Source: Cetorhinus maximus
Lineage: Eukaryota
Direction of reading: 5' to 3'
Assembly: GCF_964194155.1 (NCBI RefSeq)
Contig: NC_135898.1
Location: forward strand, 80,600,001-80,664,000
Length of the DNA stretch: 64,000 bases
Below the pieces are notes generated by a model. The model had not been told where the DNA came from. It was given only the letters and a program-made list of their open reading frames with translations, and made no database searches. Below are positions 50,681 through 63,290 of the stretch, one piece after another (within the stretch, counting starts at the first letter, position 1; the number at the start of each line of letters is the position of its first letter). A program made the position numbers and the translations under genes.

Positions 50681-50874
50681 ATTAAAAAGCTGGGGAGCCA
50701 CACATGAGCTCAGGAAGCACAGCTCACAGGCCCCTGGAAATGGCCCTTTTGTTCAGGTTTGGCCAATGTTAACGGTCACCGGGAGCTCACAACAGCACAA
50801 TAATTCAAGGGATGGGAGGCCATTCAGCCCATCTTTCCCATACAAAATAACACTAAATTATTACATTTCCACTC

Positions 50875-51013
50875 TTTAGCTCTGAAGAAGAGTCATACAG
50901 ACTCGAAATGTTAACTCTGTTTCTCTCTCCACAGGTGCTGCCAGACATGCTGAGTTTTTTCAGCATTTTCTGGTTTTATTTGAGATTTTCAGCGTCCCTA
51001 ATATTTTGCCTTT
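50875..51013 (+). mobile_element. Penelope 3'-terminus derivative with hammerhead-like motif
   Basis: ctgaagaagagtcatacagactcgaaa followed by tgctgccagac.tgctgagttttt as in the full element. Confidence 0.8.
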
Positions 51014-51491
51014 AACCCTAAAAACCCTGCACCATCAGTTGTGTCTCAGTATGTTTGAGGAGAACCCTTCATATTACATGTATATCACATGAGGAGAGGG
51101 AACCCCAAAACCCCACAATGTGTAACCTCCTAGTTCCACACATCCCAAACTGTTTTCCCCACCTGTATCACTGACATTTTGCCCACTGTAGGGAATAATT
51201 GATCAGCCAAGATCTGTGTAAGAGAAAATACCAATTAAAAAGTCAGAATATTTATTTTATTTATCTCCCAAGGTTACTGGTGGTGCTTTACAGGAAGATT
51301 AAATGAAAACGTCACATAGGAAAGAAAAATGTGTTCATTACTGATAACTGGAAAATGTTAGTCAATATAATTAACTAGAATTAATAATTAACCTATTCAC
51401 GTAATATTGGATCAAATTTTCTCTGTCAACCATTAACTCAATTCCTTTCCCCAGCTAGTGTTTCAGGCTGAATCGGATTGTTCAGAAACTT

Positions 51492-53050
51492 ATTTCATTC
51501 ATTTTTTGGGATGTGGGTGTCACTGGTGGGGCCAGCATCTATTGCCCATCCCTAGTTGCCCTTGAGAAGGTGGTGGTGAGCTGCCTTCTTTTACCACTGC
51601 AGTCCATGTGGCGTGGGTACACCCACAGTGCTGTTAGGAAGGGAGTTCCAGGATTTTGACCCAGCGACAGTGAAGGGACGGCGATATATTTCCAAGTCAG
51701 GCTGGTGTGTGGCTTGGAGGGGGATGTCCAGGTGGTGATGTTCCCATCTATCTGCTGCCCTTGACCTTCTAGATGGTAGTGGTTGCATGGTTGGAAGGTG
51801 CTGTTGAAGGAGCCTTGATGAGCTTCTACAGTGCATCTTGTTGATGGTACATTCTGCTGCCACTGTGCATTGGTGGTGGAGGGGGTGAATATTTAAGGTG
51901 ATGACTGAGGGCCAACCAAGTGTGTTGCTTTGCCCTGGATGGTGTCAAGCTCCTTGAGTGTTGTGGGAGCTGTACTCATCCAAGCAAGTGGAGAGCATTC
52001 ATCACACTCCTGACTTGTGCATTGTAGATGGTGGTCAGGCTTTGGAGAGTCAGGAGGTGAGTTACTCGCTGAAGAATTCACAGCTTCTGACCTGTTCTTG
52101 TAGCCACCGTGTTTATATGGCTATTCCAGTTCAGTTTCTGGTCAATGGTATCCGCAGTCCAAGCCTGAATATTGTCCAGGTCTTGCTGCATTTGGACGTG
52201 GGCTGCTTCAGTATCTGAGGAGTTGTGAATGGTGCTGAACATTGTGTAACCATCAGCAAACATCCCAATACTGACCTTATGTTGGAAGGAAGGTCATTAA
52301 TGAAGCAGCTGAAGATGGTTGGGCCAAGGACACTATCCTGAGGAACTCCTGCAGTGTTACCCTGGAGCTGAGATGACTGACCTCCAACAACCACAACCAT
52401 CCTCCTTTGTGCTAAATATGACTCCAACCAGTAGAGCGTTTCCCCCCTGATTCCCATTGACTCCAGTTTTGCTAGGGCTCCTTGATGCCACACTCAGTCA
52501 AATGCAGCCTTGATGTCAAGGGCAGTCACTCTCACCTCACCTCTGGAGTTCAGCCTTTTTGTCCCATGTTTGAACCAAGGCTGCAATGAGGTCAGGAGCT
52601 GAGTGGCCCTGGCGGAATCCAAACTGGGCCTCAGTGAGCGGGTTATTGCTGAGTAGGTGCTGTTTGATAGCACTGTTGACGATACCTTCCATCACTTTAC
52701 TGATGATCAAGAGTAGACTGATGGGGCAGTAATTGGCCAAAGTGGATTTGCCCTGCTTTTGGTGTGCAGGATATACCTGGACAATTTTCCGCATAGCTGG
52801 GTAGATGCCATTGTTGTAGCTGTGCTGGAACAGCTTGGCTAGGGATGTGGCAAGTTCTGGAGCGCAAGTCTTCTGTACTATTGCCAGAATGATGTCAGGA
52901 CCTATAGCCTTTGCAGTATCCTGTGCCTTCAGCTGTTTATTGATATCACGTGGAGTGAATCGAATTTAGGGGACCTCTGGAGGAGGCCAAGATGGATCAT
53001 CCACTCGACATTTTTGGCTGAAGATTGTTGCGAATATTTCAGCCTTATCT
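51492..53050 (-). mobile_element. Same second LINE family, RT fragment
   Basis: NYCPISLL, QFGFR, GVPQDSVLGP, MFADG; reverse complement of 12198-13357. Confidence 0.85.
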
Positions 53051-53431
53051 TTTACACTGGCCTCACAAAGGCTGCCTACTTCCACCTCTGTAACATCGCC
53101 CATCTCTGCTCAACCCTACTTTAACACATAAGCGAAAATTGGAACAATACAGTTCCAATTGCTGAAAGCCTCCTCCATGTCTTTATGAACTCTAGACTCA
53201 ATGAGTCCAATGCTCTCCTAACTGATCTCCTATTTTCCACCCTCCCTTGGGGTCACCCAAAACTCTGCTATCCATATCCTAACTCCTGCCAAATACTGTT
53301 CACTCGTTAACCCTTGAGTTCACTGACCTACATGGACTACCAGGCTGATAATGCCATGATTTAAAATTTTTATTCTCTTATTTAAACCTTTCCATGGCCT
53401 CGCTCCATCCCTCTCTTAGTAACCTCCTCCA

Positions 53432-56400
53432 ACTGGCATTGTGGATAGCATGTTGAAAGAGGTGGTCACACCGCAGCTGAAGGGACTTGAGGAAGGGAAT
53501 GGATGACCACCAGGCAGTCCAAGAGAAACAGGCATGTAGTTCAGGAGTCCCCTGGGGTCCTGCTCGCAAATCGGTATTCCGTTTTGGAGGCTGATGAGGG
53601 CGCTGGTTCTTCCAGGGAGTGCAGACAGAGCCAACCTTCTGGCACCACAAGCAGCCTGTCTGTACAGGAGGGGAGGAAGAGAGGAAGAGCAATAGTAATA
53701 GGGGATTCTATAGTCAGGGGAATAGATAGGCGCTACTGTGGCTGTCAACGTGACTCCAGGATGGTATGTTGCCTCCCTGGTGCCAGGGTCCGGGATGTCA
53801 CTGAATGGCTGCAGGGCATCCTGAAGGGGGAGGGTGATAAGGCAGAGGTCATGGTACATGTTGGTACCAATGACATAGGTAGAGAGAGGGATGAGGTCTT
53901 GCATCAAGAATTCAGGGAGTTAGGCAGTAGACTAAAAAGCAAGACCTCTTGGGTTGTAACCTCTGGATTACTCTCAATGCCACTTGCTAGCGAGCTCAGA
54001 AATAGGAGAATAGTGCAGATGAATATATGGCTTAAGAGTTGGTGCAGGAGGGAGGGTTTTGGATTCCTGGATCACTGGGACCATTTCTGGGGAAGGTGGG
54101 ATGTGTACAAGCAGGACGGTCTACACCTGTACCAGAGCGGGACTAACATCCTTGCGGGCGGGTTTGCTAGTGCTGTTGGGAGGAGTTTAAACTAATTCAG
54201 CAGGGGAGGGGACACAGAATGTTAGCAGAATAGGGACACATCATTATACAGTAAAACAATCAAGCCAGAGGGAGTACAGCTGCATTAAGTTTCAAGGGAG
54301 TAAGGCAAGGCTGGATGGCCTCTACTTTAATGCCAGGAGTATTATAGGTAGAATGGATGAGTTAAGGGTGAGGATTGACACGTGGAATTGTGATATAGTA
54401 GCCATCACTGAGACGTGGTTGAGGGAGGGGCAGGATTGGCAGCTCAACATTCCGGGATATGGAATCTTCAGGCGAGACAGGGGAGGGGGTAAAAGAGGAG
54501 GAGGCGTTGCATTATTAGTTAAGGAGTCAGTTACTGCAGTAAGGAGAGATGATATCTTGGAGGGGGCATCGAATGAAGCTTTGTGGGTAGAGCTAAGGAA
54601 TAAAAAAGGGGCAGCCACATTGTTAGTTGTTTATTATAGACCCCCAGATAGTCAATGGGAAATTGAGGAGCAAATATCTGTACAATTTGCGGAGGTGTGT
54701 AAAAACAATAACAATAGGGTAATTATATTAGATGATTTCGACTTTCCCAACATTAATTGGGATAGACATAGTGTTAAGGGCTTGGATGGAGTGGATTTCT
54801 TGAAATGTGTACAGGAGAACTTTTTAGGTCAATATGTAGAGGGTCCAACAAGGGACGGCGCAGTGTTGGACCTAATTCTGGGGAATGAAGCCGGACAGGT
54901 GGCTGAGGTGTTGGTGGGGGAGCATTTTAGTGATAGCGACCACAACATGGTACAGTTTAAGTTTGTTATGGACAAAGAAGTAGACAAGTTGCAAAAACAT
55001 GTTTTGGGTTGGGGGAGAGTGGATTTTAGTAAAATAAGACAGGATCTGGCCAAGGTAGACTGGGAACAGTTACTTGTGGGGAAATCTGCAGAGGAGCAGT
55101 GGGGGGTGTTCAAAAAGGAAATGGGGAGGGTACAGGCTCAACATGTTCCCTCTAGGGTGATAGGAAGGAGTAACAAGCCCAGAGAACCATGGATGACCAG
55201 AGATATTCAGGTAACGATGAGAAGGAAAAGAGAGGCTTTTAGCAGGTACAAGGGAAGCAAATCAGCAGAGGCATTAGTGGACTACAGAAAGTGCAGGGTG
55301 GAGCTTAAGGAAGCAATTAGGAGAGCAAAGAGGGGATATGAGAAAGCTCTGGCTGGTAAAAGTAGGGAAAATCCCAAGATATTCTATAAGTATATCAATG
55401 GGAAGAGGATAACCAGGGAAAGAGTATAAAGGACCAAGGGGGGAATCTATGGGTGGAGCCAGATGACATCGTTTAGAGTGTTGAATGAATACTTCACATC
55501 CGTCTTCACCCAAGAGAATGAGGATGAAGGTATCAAACTCGGGGAGAGAGACTGCGAGGTTCTTAACCAAATTGATATAGGGAGTGACAAGGTATTGGAG
55601 GTGTTGGCAGGTTTAAAAGTGGACAAATCTCCAGGTCTGGATGATTTGTGTCCCAGACTGCTGAGGGAGGCAAGGGAGGAGATCACAGGGGCTCTGACCC
55701 AAATTTTTAATTCCTCTCTGGCCACGGGGGAGGTGCCAGAGGACTGGAGAACAGCTAATGTGGTTCCGCTGTTTAAGAAAGGTTGTAGAGATAAGCCAGG
55801 GAACTGCAGGCCAGTGAGTCTCATGTCAGTGGTAGGGAAACTATTGGAGAAAATTCTAAAGGAGAGAATCTATCTCCACTTGGAGAGGCAAGTTTTGATC
55901 AGGGATAGTCAGCATGGCTTTGTCAGAGGGAGGTCATGCCTAACAAATTTTAATGAATTTTTTGAGGAGGTGACCAGGTGTGTAGATGAGGGTAGTGTAG
56001 TTGATGTAGTTTATATGCATTTCAGCAAAGCCTTTGACAAGGTCCCACATGGGAGACTTGTAAAGAAGGCAAATGCACAAAGGATACAGGGTAATTTGAT
56101 AAAGTGGATTCAAAATTGGCTTAGTAGGAGACAGAGTGTGATGACAGAAGGATGCTTTAGTGACTGGAAGCCAGTGTCCAGTGGCGTGCCACAGGGATCT
56201 GTGCTGGGTCCCCTATTATTCGTCATTTATATAAACGACATAGATGACTATGTGGGGGGGCAGGATTAGTAAGTTTGCAGATGACACAAAGATTGGCCAG
56301 GTGGTTAACAGTGAGGTTGAGTGTCTTGGGCTACAGGAAGATATAGACGGGATGGTCAAATGGGCAGATAAGTGGCAGATAGAATCTAACCCTGAAAAGT

Positions 56401-57192
56401 GTGAGGTGATACACTTTGGAAGGAGTAATTTGACAAGGAAGTATTCAATGAATGGGATGACACTAGGAAGTTCTGAGGAACAAAGGGACCTTGGCGTGTG
56501 TGTCCATAGATCTCTGAAGGCTGAGGGGCATGTTAGTGGGGTGGTGAAAAAGGCATATGGGACACTTGCCTTTATCAATCGAGGCATAGATTACAAAAGT
56601 AGGGAGGTCATGTTGGAGTTGTATAGAACCTTAGTGAGGCCACAGCTGAAGTACTGTGTGCAGTTCTGGTTGCCACATTATAGGAAGGATGTGATTGCAT
56701 TGGAGGGGGTGCAGAGGAGATTTACCAGGATGTTGCCTGAGATGAAACGTTTAAGTTATGAAGAGAGGTTGGATAGACTTGGGTTGTTTTCGTTGGAGCA
56801 GAGAAGACTGTGGGGTGACCTGATCGAGGTGTACAAGATTATGAGAGGCATGGACAGGGTGGATAGGGAGCAGCTGTTCCCCTTGGTTGAAGAGCCAGTC
56901 ACAAGTGGAAATAAGTTCAAGGTGAGGGGCAGGAGGTTTAGGGGGATGTGAGGAAAAGCTTTTTTACCCAGAGGGTGGTGACAGTCTGGAATGCACTGCC
57001 TGGGAGGGTGGTGGAGGCGGGTTGCCTCACATCCTTTAAAAAGTACCTGGATGAGCACTTGGCACGGCATAACATTCAAGGCTCTGGGCCAAGTGCTGGT
57101 AAATGGGATTAGGTAGGTGGGTCAGGTGTTTCTTACGTGTCGGTGCAGACTCGATGGGCCAAAGGGCCTCTTCTGCACTGTGTGATTCTGTG
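53432..57192 (+). mobile_element. Near full-length CR1 LINE with SGNH/GDSL esterase ORF1 and frameshifted ORF2
   Basis: IGDSIVR..HVGTND..DGLH (53503-54195); APE 54353-55429; RT 55463-56951; tail tgattctgtga. Confidence 0.93.
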
Positions 57193-58224
57193 AACCCTAT
57201 AATGCTATCCCAAAACTCTGACTCCAGGAGCTTGGGCTTCAGCCCTGCCTTCACCCACTGCTCGCAATGCGTTTTCGGGCAACTAGATGGATTGGACGAA
57301 CGCCACCTTGCTGTTATGTTAAGCATCACCCCTTCCTGACCTTCGCTTACCCTGTTCTTGCCTGGTGAGGAGGCAAGGGGTTAAAAGTGGGGTGTTAATT
57401 GGACTGGACTCCTGACCTTGTGGGAGCGACAGTGAAAGGTCGATGTTATGTGCTTGGCATTCTCCAGAGTACAGATGTACACTTCCCACATTTTAAGCTG
57501 ATATTTGTAATGATTGGGAAATCAAGGAGAGTATATATAAAGGTTGAGAGAGCAGCAGTGGGCAACACTGAGCACACCTGTGTCAGCGTTTTGGAGATGG
57601 TGAGTTACTGTATTTAATGTTTCATCTCTTACCTGTTACATATGTCACTTTTACCTATGACTCAAAAACAGCTTTGTTACTTCTTGAGAGTACAGGGAAG
57701 GCTTGAGGTCGATAGTTGAAACAGCAGGAGAGCCGGTAACCAGGGACTATAGATTTATGTTCAATAACAAAAGAACCAGAGTAGAGATGAGGAAAAACTC
57801 CGAGAACTATTGTGATCAGGAATGACCTCTCTGAAAGGACAGTGGGAGCAGTTTCACTTGTAACTTTCAAAATGGAGTTGGAGAAATACTTGAAAAGGAG
57901 AAGCAGGTCTATTGGGAAGGAGCAGGAGAGTGGGACTAATTGGATAGACCTAGAATAGGCATGATAGGCCCAATGGTCTCCTGTGCTGCATCATTCTATG
58001 ATTCTATAATTTGGAAAGAATGTGAGAGATGACATGGCGAATAGCGAAATAAAGATTAGGGTAGACAACTTGGGTTTTATCAGCTTCCATTAGCATCATC
58101 GAAAGCAATTTCTAATCTTTTGTTCATATGAATATGAAAAATAACGTAAGAAGGAAGTGAGGACTGAAAGGACTGAAAGCAATTTCTAATCTTCTGTTTA
58201 TAAGAATATGAAAAATAACGTAAG

Positions 58225-58868
58225 AAGGAAGTGAGGACAGAAAGAGGTGAGGGTGGAGGGAGGTGGGGTGGAGGGAGGTTGGGGTGGAGGGAGGTGAGGA
58301 CTGAGGGAGGTGAGGATGGAAGTGAGGACTGAAGGAGGTGAGGATGGAGGGAGATGAGGATGGAGGGGGTGAAGATGGAGAGAGGTGAGGACTGAGGGAG
58401 GTGAGGATGGAGAGAGGTGAGGACTGGAGATGAGGATGGGGGGAGGTGAGGATGGAGGGGAATGAGGTTTGACGGAGGTGAGGGCCGATGGAGATAAGGA
58501 TGGAGGGAAGTGAGGACTGAGGAAGGTGAGGACTGAGGGAGGTGAGGATGGAGGGAAGTGAGGATGGAGGGAGGTGAGGACTGGAGATGAGGATGGGGGG
58601 AGGTGAGGATGGAGGGGAATGAGGTTTGACGGAGGTGAGGGCCAATGGAGATAAGGATGGAGGGAAGTGAGGACTGAGGAAGGTGAGGACTGAGGGAGGT
58701 GAGGTTGGAGGGAAGTGAGGACTGAGGGAGGTGAGGACTGAGGGAAGTGAGGATGGAGGGAAGTGAGGATGGAGGGAGATGAGGACTGAGGAAGGTGAGC
58801 ACTGAGGAAGGTGAGGACTGAGGGAATGAGGATGGAGGGAGGTGAGGACTGAGGGAGGTGAGGATGGA
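58225..58868. repeat. Purine-rich degenerate tandem repeat (GAGGTGAGGA(C)TG(G)AGG)
   Basis: Low-complexity, ~17-18-bp periodicity. Confidence 0.93.
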
Positions 58869-59686
58869 AACACAAGAGCATAAAAAATAGGAACAGGGGT
58901 AGGCCATTCAGCCCTCGAGCCTGCTCCACAATTCGATAAGATCGTGGCTGATCTGTTTGAGTTTCGATTTCCACATTCCCATCTAACCCCGATAACCTTC
59001 GATTCCCTTGCCTAACAAGAATCTATTTACCTCTGCCTTAAAAATATTCAATGACCCCGCCCCCACCGCCTTCTGAGGCAGAGAGTTCCAAAGTCGCGCA
59101 ACCCTCAGAAAAAAAATTTCTCCTCATCTCTGTCCTAAAAGGGCAACCCCTAATTTTAAAACAGTGCCCTCTAGTTCTGGACTCACCCACAAGAGGAAAC
59201 ATCTTTTCCATGTCCACCTTGTCGACACTGTTCAGGATCTTGTATACGTCAATCAAATCACCCCTCACTCTTCTAAACTCCAGTGGAAACAAGCCCAGTC
59301 TGTCCAACCTTTCCTCATAAGACAACTCACTCATTCCAGGTATCAACCTACTAAACCTCCTCAGAACCACCTCCAATGCATTTACATCCTTCCTTTAATA
59401 AGGAGACCAAAACTGCAAACAGTATTTGAGGTGCAGTCTCACCAGTGCCCTGTATAACTGGAGCATAACATCCTTACTTTTTTGTTCAAATCCTCTTGTA
59501 ATAAGGGACAGCATTCCATTAGCCTTCTTAATTACTTGCTGTACCTGCATACTCATTTTGTGTGACTCATGTACTAGAACACCTAGATCCCTCTGCACCT
59601 CAGAATTATGCAGTCGTTCTCTGTTTAAGTAATACTCTGCTTTTTTATTCTTTCTGCCAAAGTGAACAACTTCACATTTTCCTACA
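58869..59686 (-). mobile_element. CR1 3' fragment inserted in the purine-rich repeat
   Basis: VGKCEVVHFG..LYRALVRLHLKYCLQFWSPY; CR1 3' UTR. Confidence 0.9.
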
Positions 59687-59688
59687 TA

Positions 59689-60310
59689 AGGGAGGAGGTG
59701 AGGACTGATGGATGTGAGGACTGAGGGATGTGAGGATGGAGGGAGGTGAGGGTGGAGAGAGGTGAAGATTGAGCATGGTGAGGAGGGAGGTGTGGATTGA
59801 GGGAGGTAAAAATTGAAGGTGAGGATGGAGGGGGATGAAGATTGAGGAAGGTGAAGATGGTGGGGGGTGAGGACTGAGGGAGGGTGATGAAGATGAAGAT
59901 TGAAGGAGGTAAGGACTGAGGAAGGTGAGGATGGAGGGAGGTGAGGACTGAGGAAGGTGAGGAGAGAGGGAAGTGAGGACTGAGGAAGGTGAGGATGGAG
60001 GGAGGTGAGGACTGAGGGAGGTGAGGATGGAGGGAGGTGAGGACTGAGGAAGGTGAGGAGAGAGGGAAGTGAGGACTGAGGAAGGTGAGGAGAGAGGGAA
60101 GTGAGGACTGAGGAAGGTGAGGATGGAGGGAGGTGAGGACTGAGGAAGGTGAGGATGGAGGGAGGTGAGGACTGAGGAAGGTGAGGAGAGAGGGAAGTGA
60201 GGACTGAGGAAGGTGAGGATGGAGGGAGGTGAGGACTGAGGGAGGTGAACATTAAGAGATATGAGGACGAAGGGTTGTGCAGCCTGAGGGAGGTGAGGAC
60301 GGAGGGTGAT
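59689..60310. repeat. Continuation of the purine-rich repeat after a CR1 insertion
   Basis: Same units as 58225-58868. Confidence 0.93.
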
Positions 60311-60611
60311 GAGTTTGGATTTGAACACGGCCAGGAGTTCAGGAAGAGAGAATTCTGGAAGGGAGTTACAGTTGAGCAGTTACTAGTTACTAATCAGACA
60401 GGTGACTTAGCACTCTCTTAGATTCGAAGCATTAACAATAAAAGTGAATTAACGAGGCCCTGTGTAATAACTCAGTGCCTCCCATAAGTGTCCGTGTACT
60501 GACATTGCAAGGTTATGTTTTTAAAGATGATGGTAATTTTCTAAATGAGGAATATTGCAGGCCGTAAAGCTTGGTGCTCTAATCATCCTGGTGACTCGAT
60601 TCCTCTTTCAG

Positions 60612-60675
60612 ATGCTGAGGCTATGGCTCCCCGTGGTGCTCCTTCCCCTGGTATTCGTTCTCAGCCAAGCCGATG
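60612..60675 (+). CDS. Pancreatic lipase family (PNLIP/PNLIPRP-like) signal peptide exon MLRLWLPVVLLPLVFVLSQAD
   Basis: tttcag|ATG, hydrophobic signal peptide, phase-1 donor G|gtaagg matching the next exon. Confidence 0.8.
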
Positions 60676-61020
60676 GTAAGGAAACATTCTTCTTTATGGG
60701 AATGTTCCCTCCACACTCTCGGTCAAAGAGTGGGTACATTATCCTGGTGCTTCTGATACTGCATTACTCACTCTGAAGTGACAAGCTCAAATCTCACAAG
60801 GGCAAAAGTTGGGGAATTGAATTCACCAGGAGCGTGACTGAAAATTGCCCGAAGATTGCATAAATCAACTAGTATCCTCACACCCTTTAAGGAAGGAAAC
60901 CAAACCCAACCTGGGCTATCAGTGGCTCAAAACTCTCAGTGGTTTAAGGGCTACTTGGAATGGGTAACCTTGTCCAATGATATCCCTATTCCAAGAACAA
61001 ATAATTTAAAAGTAAAATTA

Positions 61021-61570
61021 CCAGGACAGGTACAGCACGGGGTTAGGTACAGAATAAAGCTCTCTCTACACTGTCCTCATCAAACACTCCCTGGGCAGGT
61101 ACAGCACGGGGTTAGATACAGAGTAAAGCTCCCTCTACACTGACCCCGTCAAACACTCCCAGGACAGGTGCAGCACGGGGTTAGATACAGATTAAAGCTC
61201 CCTCTACACTGTCCCCATCAAACACTCCCAGGACAGGTACAGCATGGGGTTGGATACAGAGTAAAGCTCCCTCTACACTGACCCCATCAAACACTCCCAG
61301 GACAGGTACAGCATGTGGTTGGATACAGAGTAAAGCTCCCTCTACACTGTCCTCATGAAACACTCCCAGGACAGGTACAGCATGTGGTTGGATACAGAGT
61401 AAAGCTCGCTCTACACTGTCCCCATCAAACACTCCCAGGACAGGTACAGCATGGGGTTAGATACAGAGTAAAGCTCCCTCTACAATGTCCCCATCAAACA
61501 CTCCCAGGACAGGTACAGCATAGGGTTGGATACAGAGTAAAGCTCCCTCTACACTGTCCTTATGAAACAC
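61021..61570. repeat. 69-bp satellite, about 8 copies
   Basis: Same unit. Confidence 0.96.
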
Positions 61571-62084
61571 CTCCCTTCAAAGACACACTTAGTGAAAGCA
61601 CCTATCGCTTTTGTGAAGGGCTGAGGTGGGATATCACACTGAGTGATATAGGATAATGCAGGCCGATAGCTTTAGACCTATCACTATCTAATCTTTTACT
61701 TAGCTGCCCTGTAGCCTGGTGTAAAAGTTTTGTTTTCTAACACTTTTGTGAAGTGTTTTGGGATATTTTACTGTGTTGAAGGTGCTCTATCAATATAAGC
61801 TGTTGTTCTGGTATCACAAACTCTGATATTTTATGCCAATCTGTTATAGGAAAACATGCAAGATGTACCAGCTGTTGAAATCTGGTACTGTACACTGTGA
61901 CAGTAATATTATCTCATGTGATACAGACTGTAGGTATACTGCAGCCTGTGACATGCTGCCCTCAGTTTGTGGCATGTGACTCACACTGCAGTAGTTTTAT
62001 TTGGCAGTTTGGGAGGAGTACATTTCAGCCTGTGTACTGTGTCGGCTTTCTTAATGCCTCTGCTTTTTTCTTATTTCCTGTCAG

Positions 62085-62257
62085 CATCACATTTCGGTGA
62101 AGTGGAGGAAATTTGCTTTGACAGACTCGGCTGTTTCCCAAATGGATATCCATGGACTGGGACAAAGGAGAGGCCTGGCAACAAGCTCCCCTGGAGCCCT
62201 GAAAAGATCCATACCCGTTTCCTACTGTACACCAGGCAGAACCCAGACAATTATCAG
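62085..62257 (+). CDS. Pancreatic lipase family exon ([10 protein letters not shown]...[32 protein letters not shown]); gene continues beyond window
   Basis: Signature N-terminus of pancreatic triacylglycerol lipases; AG/GT; 173 nt, phase 1-0; paralog identity not resolvable. Confidence 0.93.
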
Positions 62258-62348
62258 GTAGAGACACTTTCACCAAGAGCAGCCTCGCAAAGGCAGTGAC
62301 CAACAGCAGAGAAACAATAAGCAGGAACTAGATTATGGGGTGTATGTT

Positions 62349-63290
62349 TGTAAAGTGACTTAATTTTAAAAGCTGCATTTCAACAACACTGAGGATTATG
62401 GCACAGCAGATGGTAAATGCTCAGCTGCTCAAATCCCAGAGGGAAACTTGAAGCAGCTGCAACAACTATTTGCAATTTGTATTTATTTCGAGAAGTGGGC
62501 TTTGAATTCAGTAAAAAGAAGGCCACTGAGACTTAGACGGTTTTTACAAAACTAAATTAAACATTTATTAAATAAAGAAATAATGTTAAGCACATGCATA
62601 GGTCTACAAATTACTACTATAACTCCTAGCTCCCCTAGTTAATCTAACTCCCAGTTACACCTCCATTAAGGCAACAATAAAAACACATAGATTTGAAAAG
62701 ATCCAGGCAAAGTGACACGATACCCTGGACAGTCAAATTCAAAGTCAGTTTTCTTAACTTCAGTTCTTGCAGATAGCAGCTTGGGCACAGAGGCTGAAGG
62801 CTTTTCACATTTGTTAGATCTTAGAATACCTTCTTTCCTTATACATGACCTCATCTCCTTTAAACAGATTTCTCCCTTTTCAATATAAAATCCCATTGCC
62901 CCAATATGTCTTTTCAACTCCACTTTTCTAATAATGAAAATATTTCACAGTACCAATTTTATCAGTAAGCTTTGGGAAAAATAAACACACCGTTTGGCTT
63001 AGTCTCTGTTGGCTAAGTGTAACACCTTACCACCTTTTTGAAATTCACTACTCGGGTCTATCTAAAAATGCAAATTTTCCTTTTACACCTCACATTCTAC
63101 AATTTCAACCATGCTTACCTATTTAACATTTCAAACCTAACTTGTCTTATTTCATCAAAGCCTTCAGACCAGCTGTCTCTAATTCAATTAAGGCACACAC
63201 ACATACACACACACACACTATTCTGATCCTGACAATAAATTCCAATAACATTATGAAAATTATTATATTTTCCTGACAACCCCTTCACTA
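62349..63290 (-). mobile_element. Possible LTR with adjacent polypurine tract
   Basis: Minus strand AGTGAAGGGGT directly precedes TGTCA at 63278; possible ...TTTACA end at 62349; AT-rich with AATAAA; no internal ORF seen. Confidence 0.3.

Noticed and set aside
58080-60328. Pro/Ser/His/Leu-rich ORFs of 218-285 aa
   Set aside because: Translations of a low-complexity repeat, partly fused to CR1 sequence.
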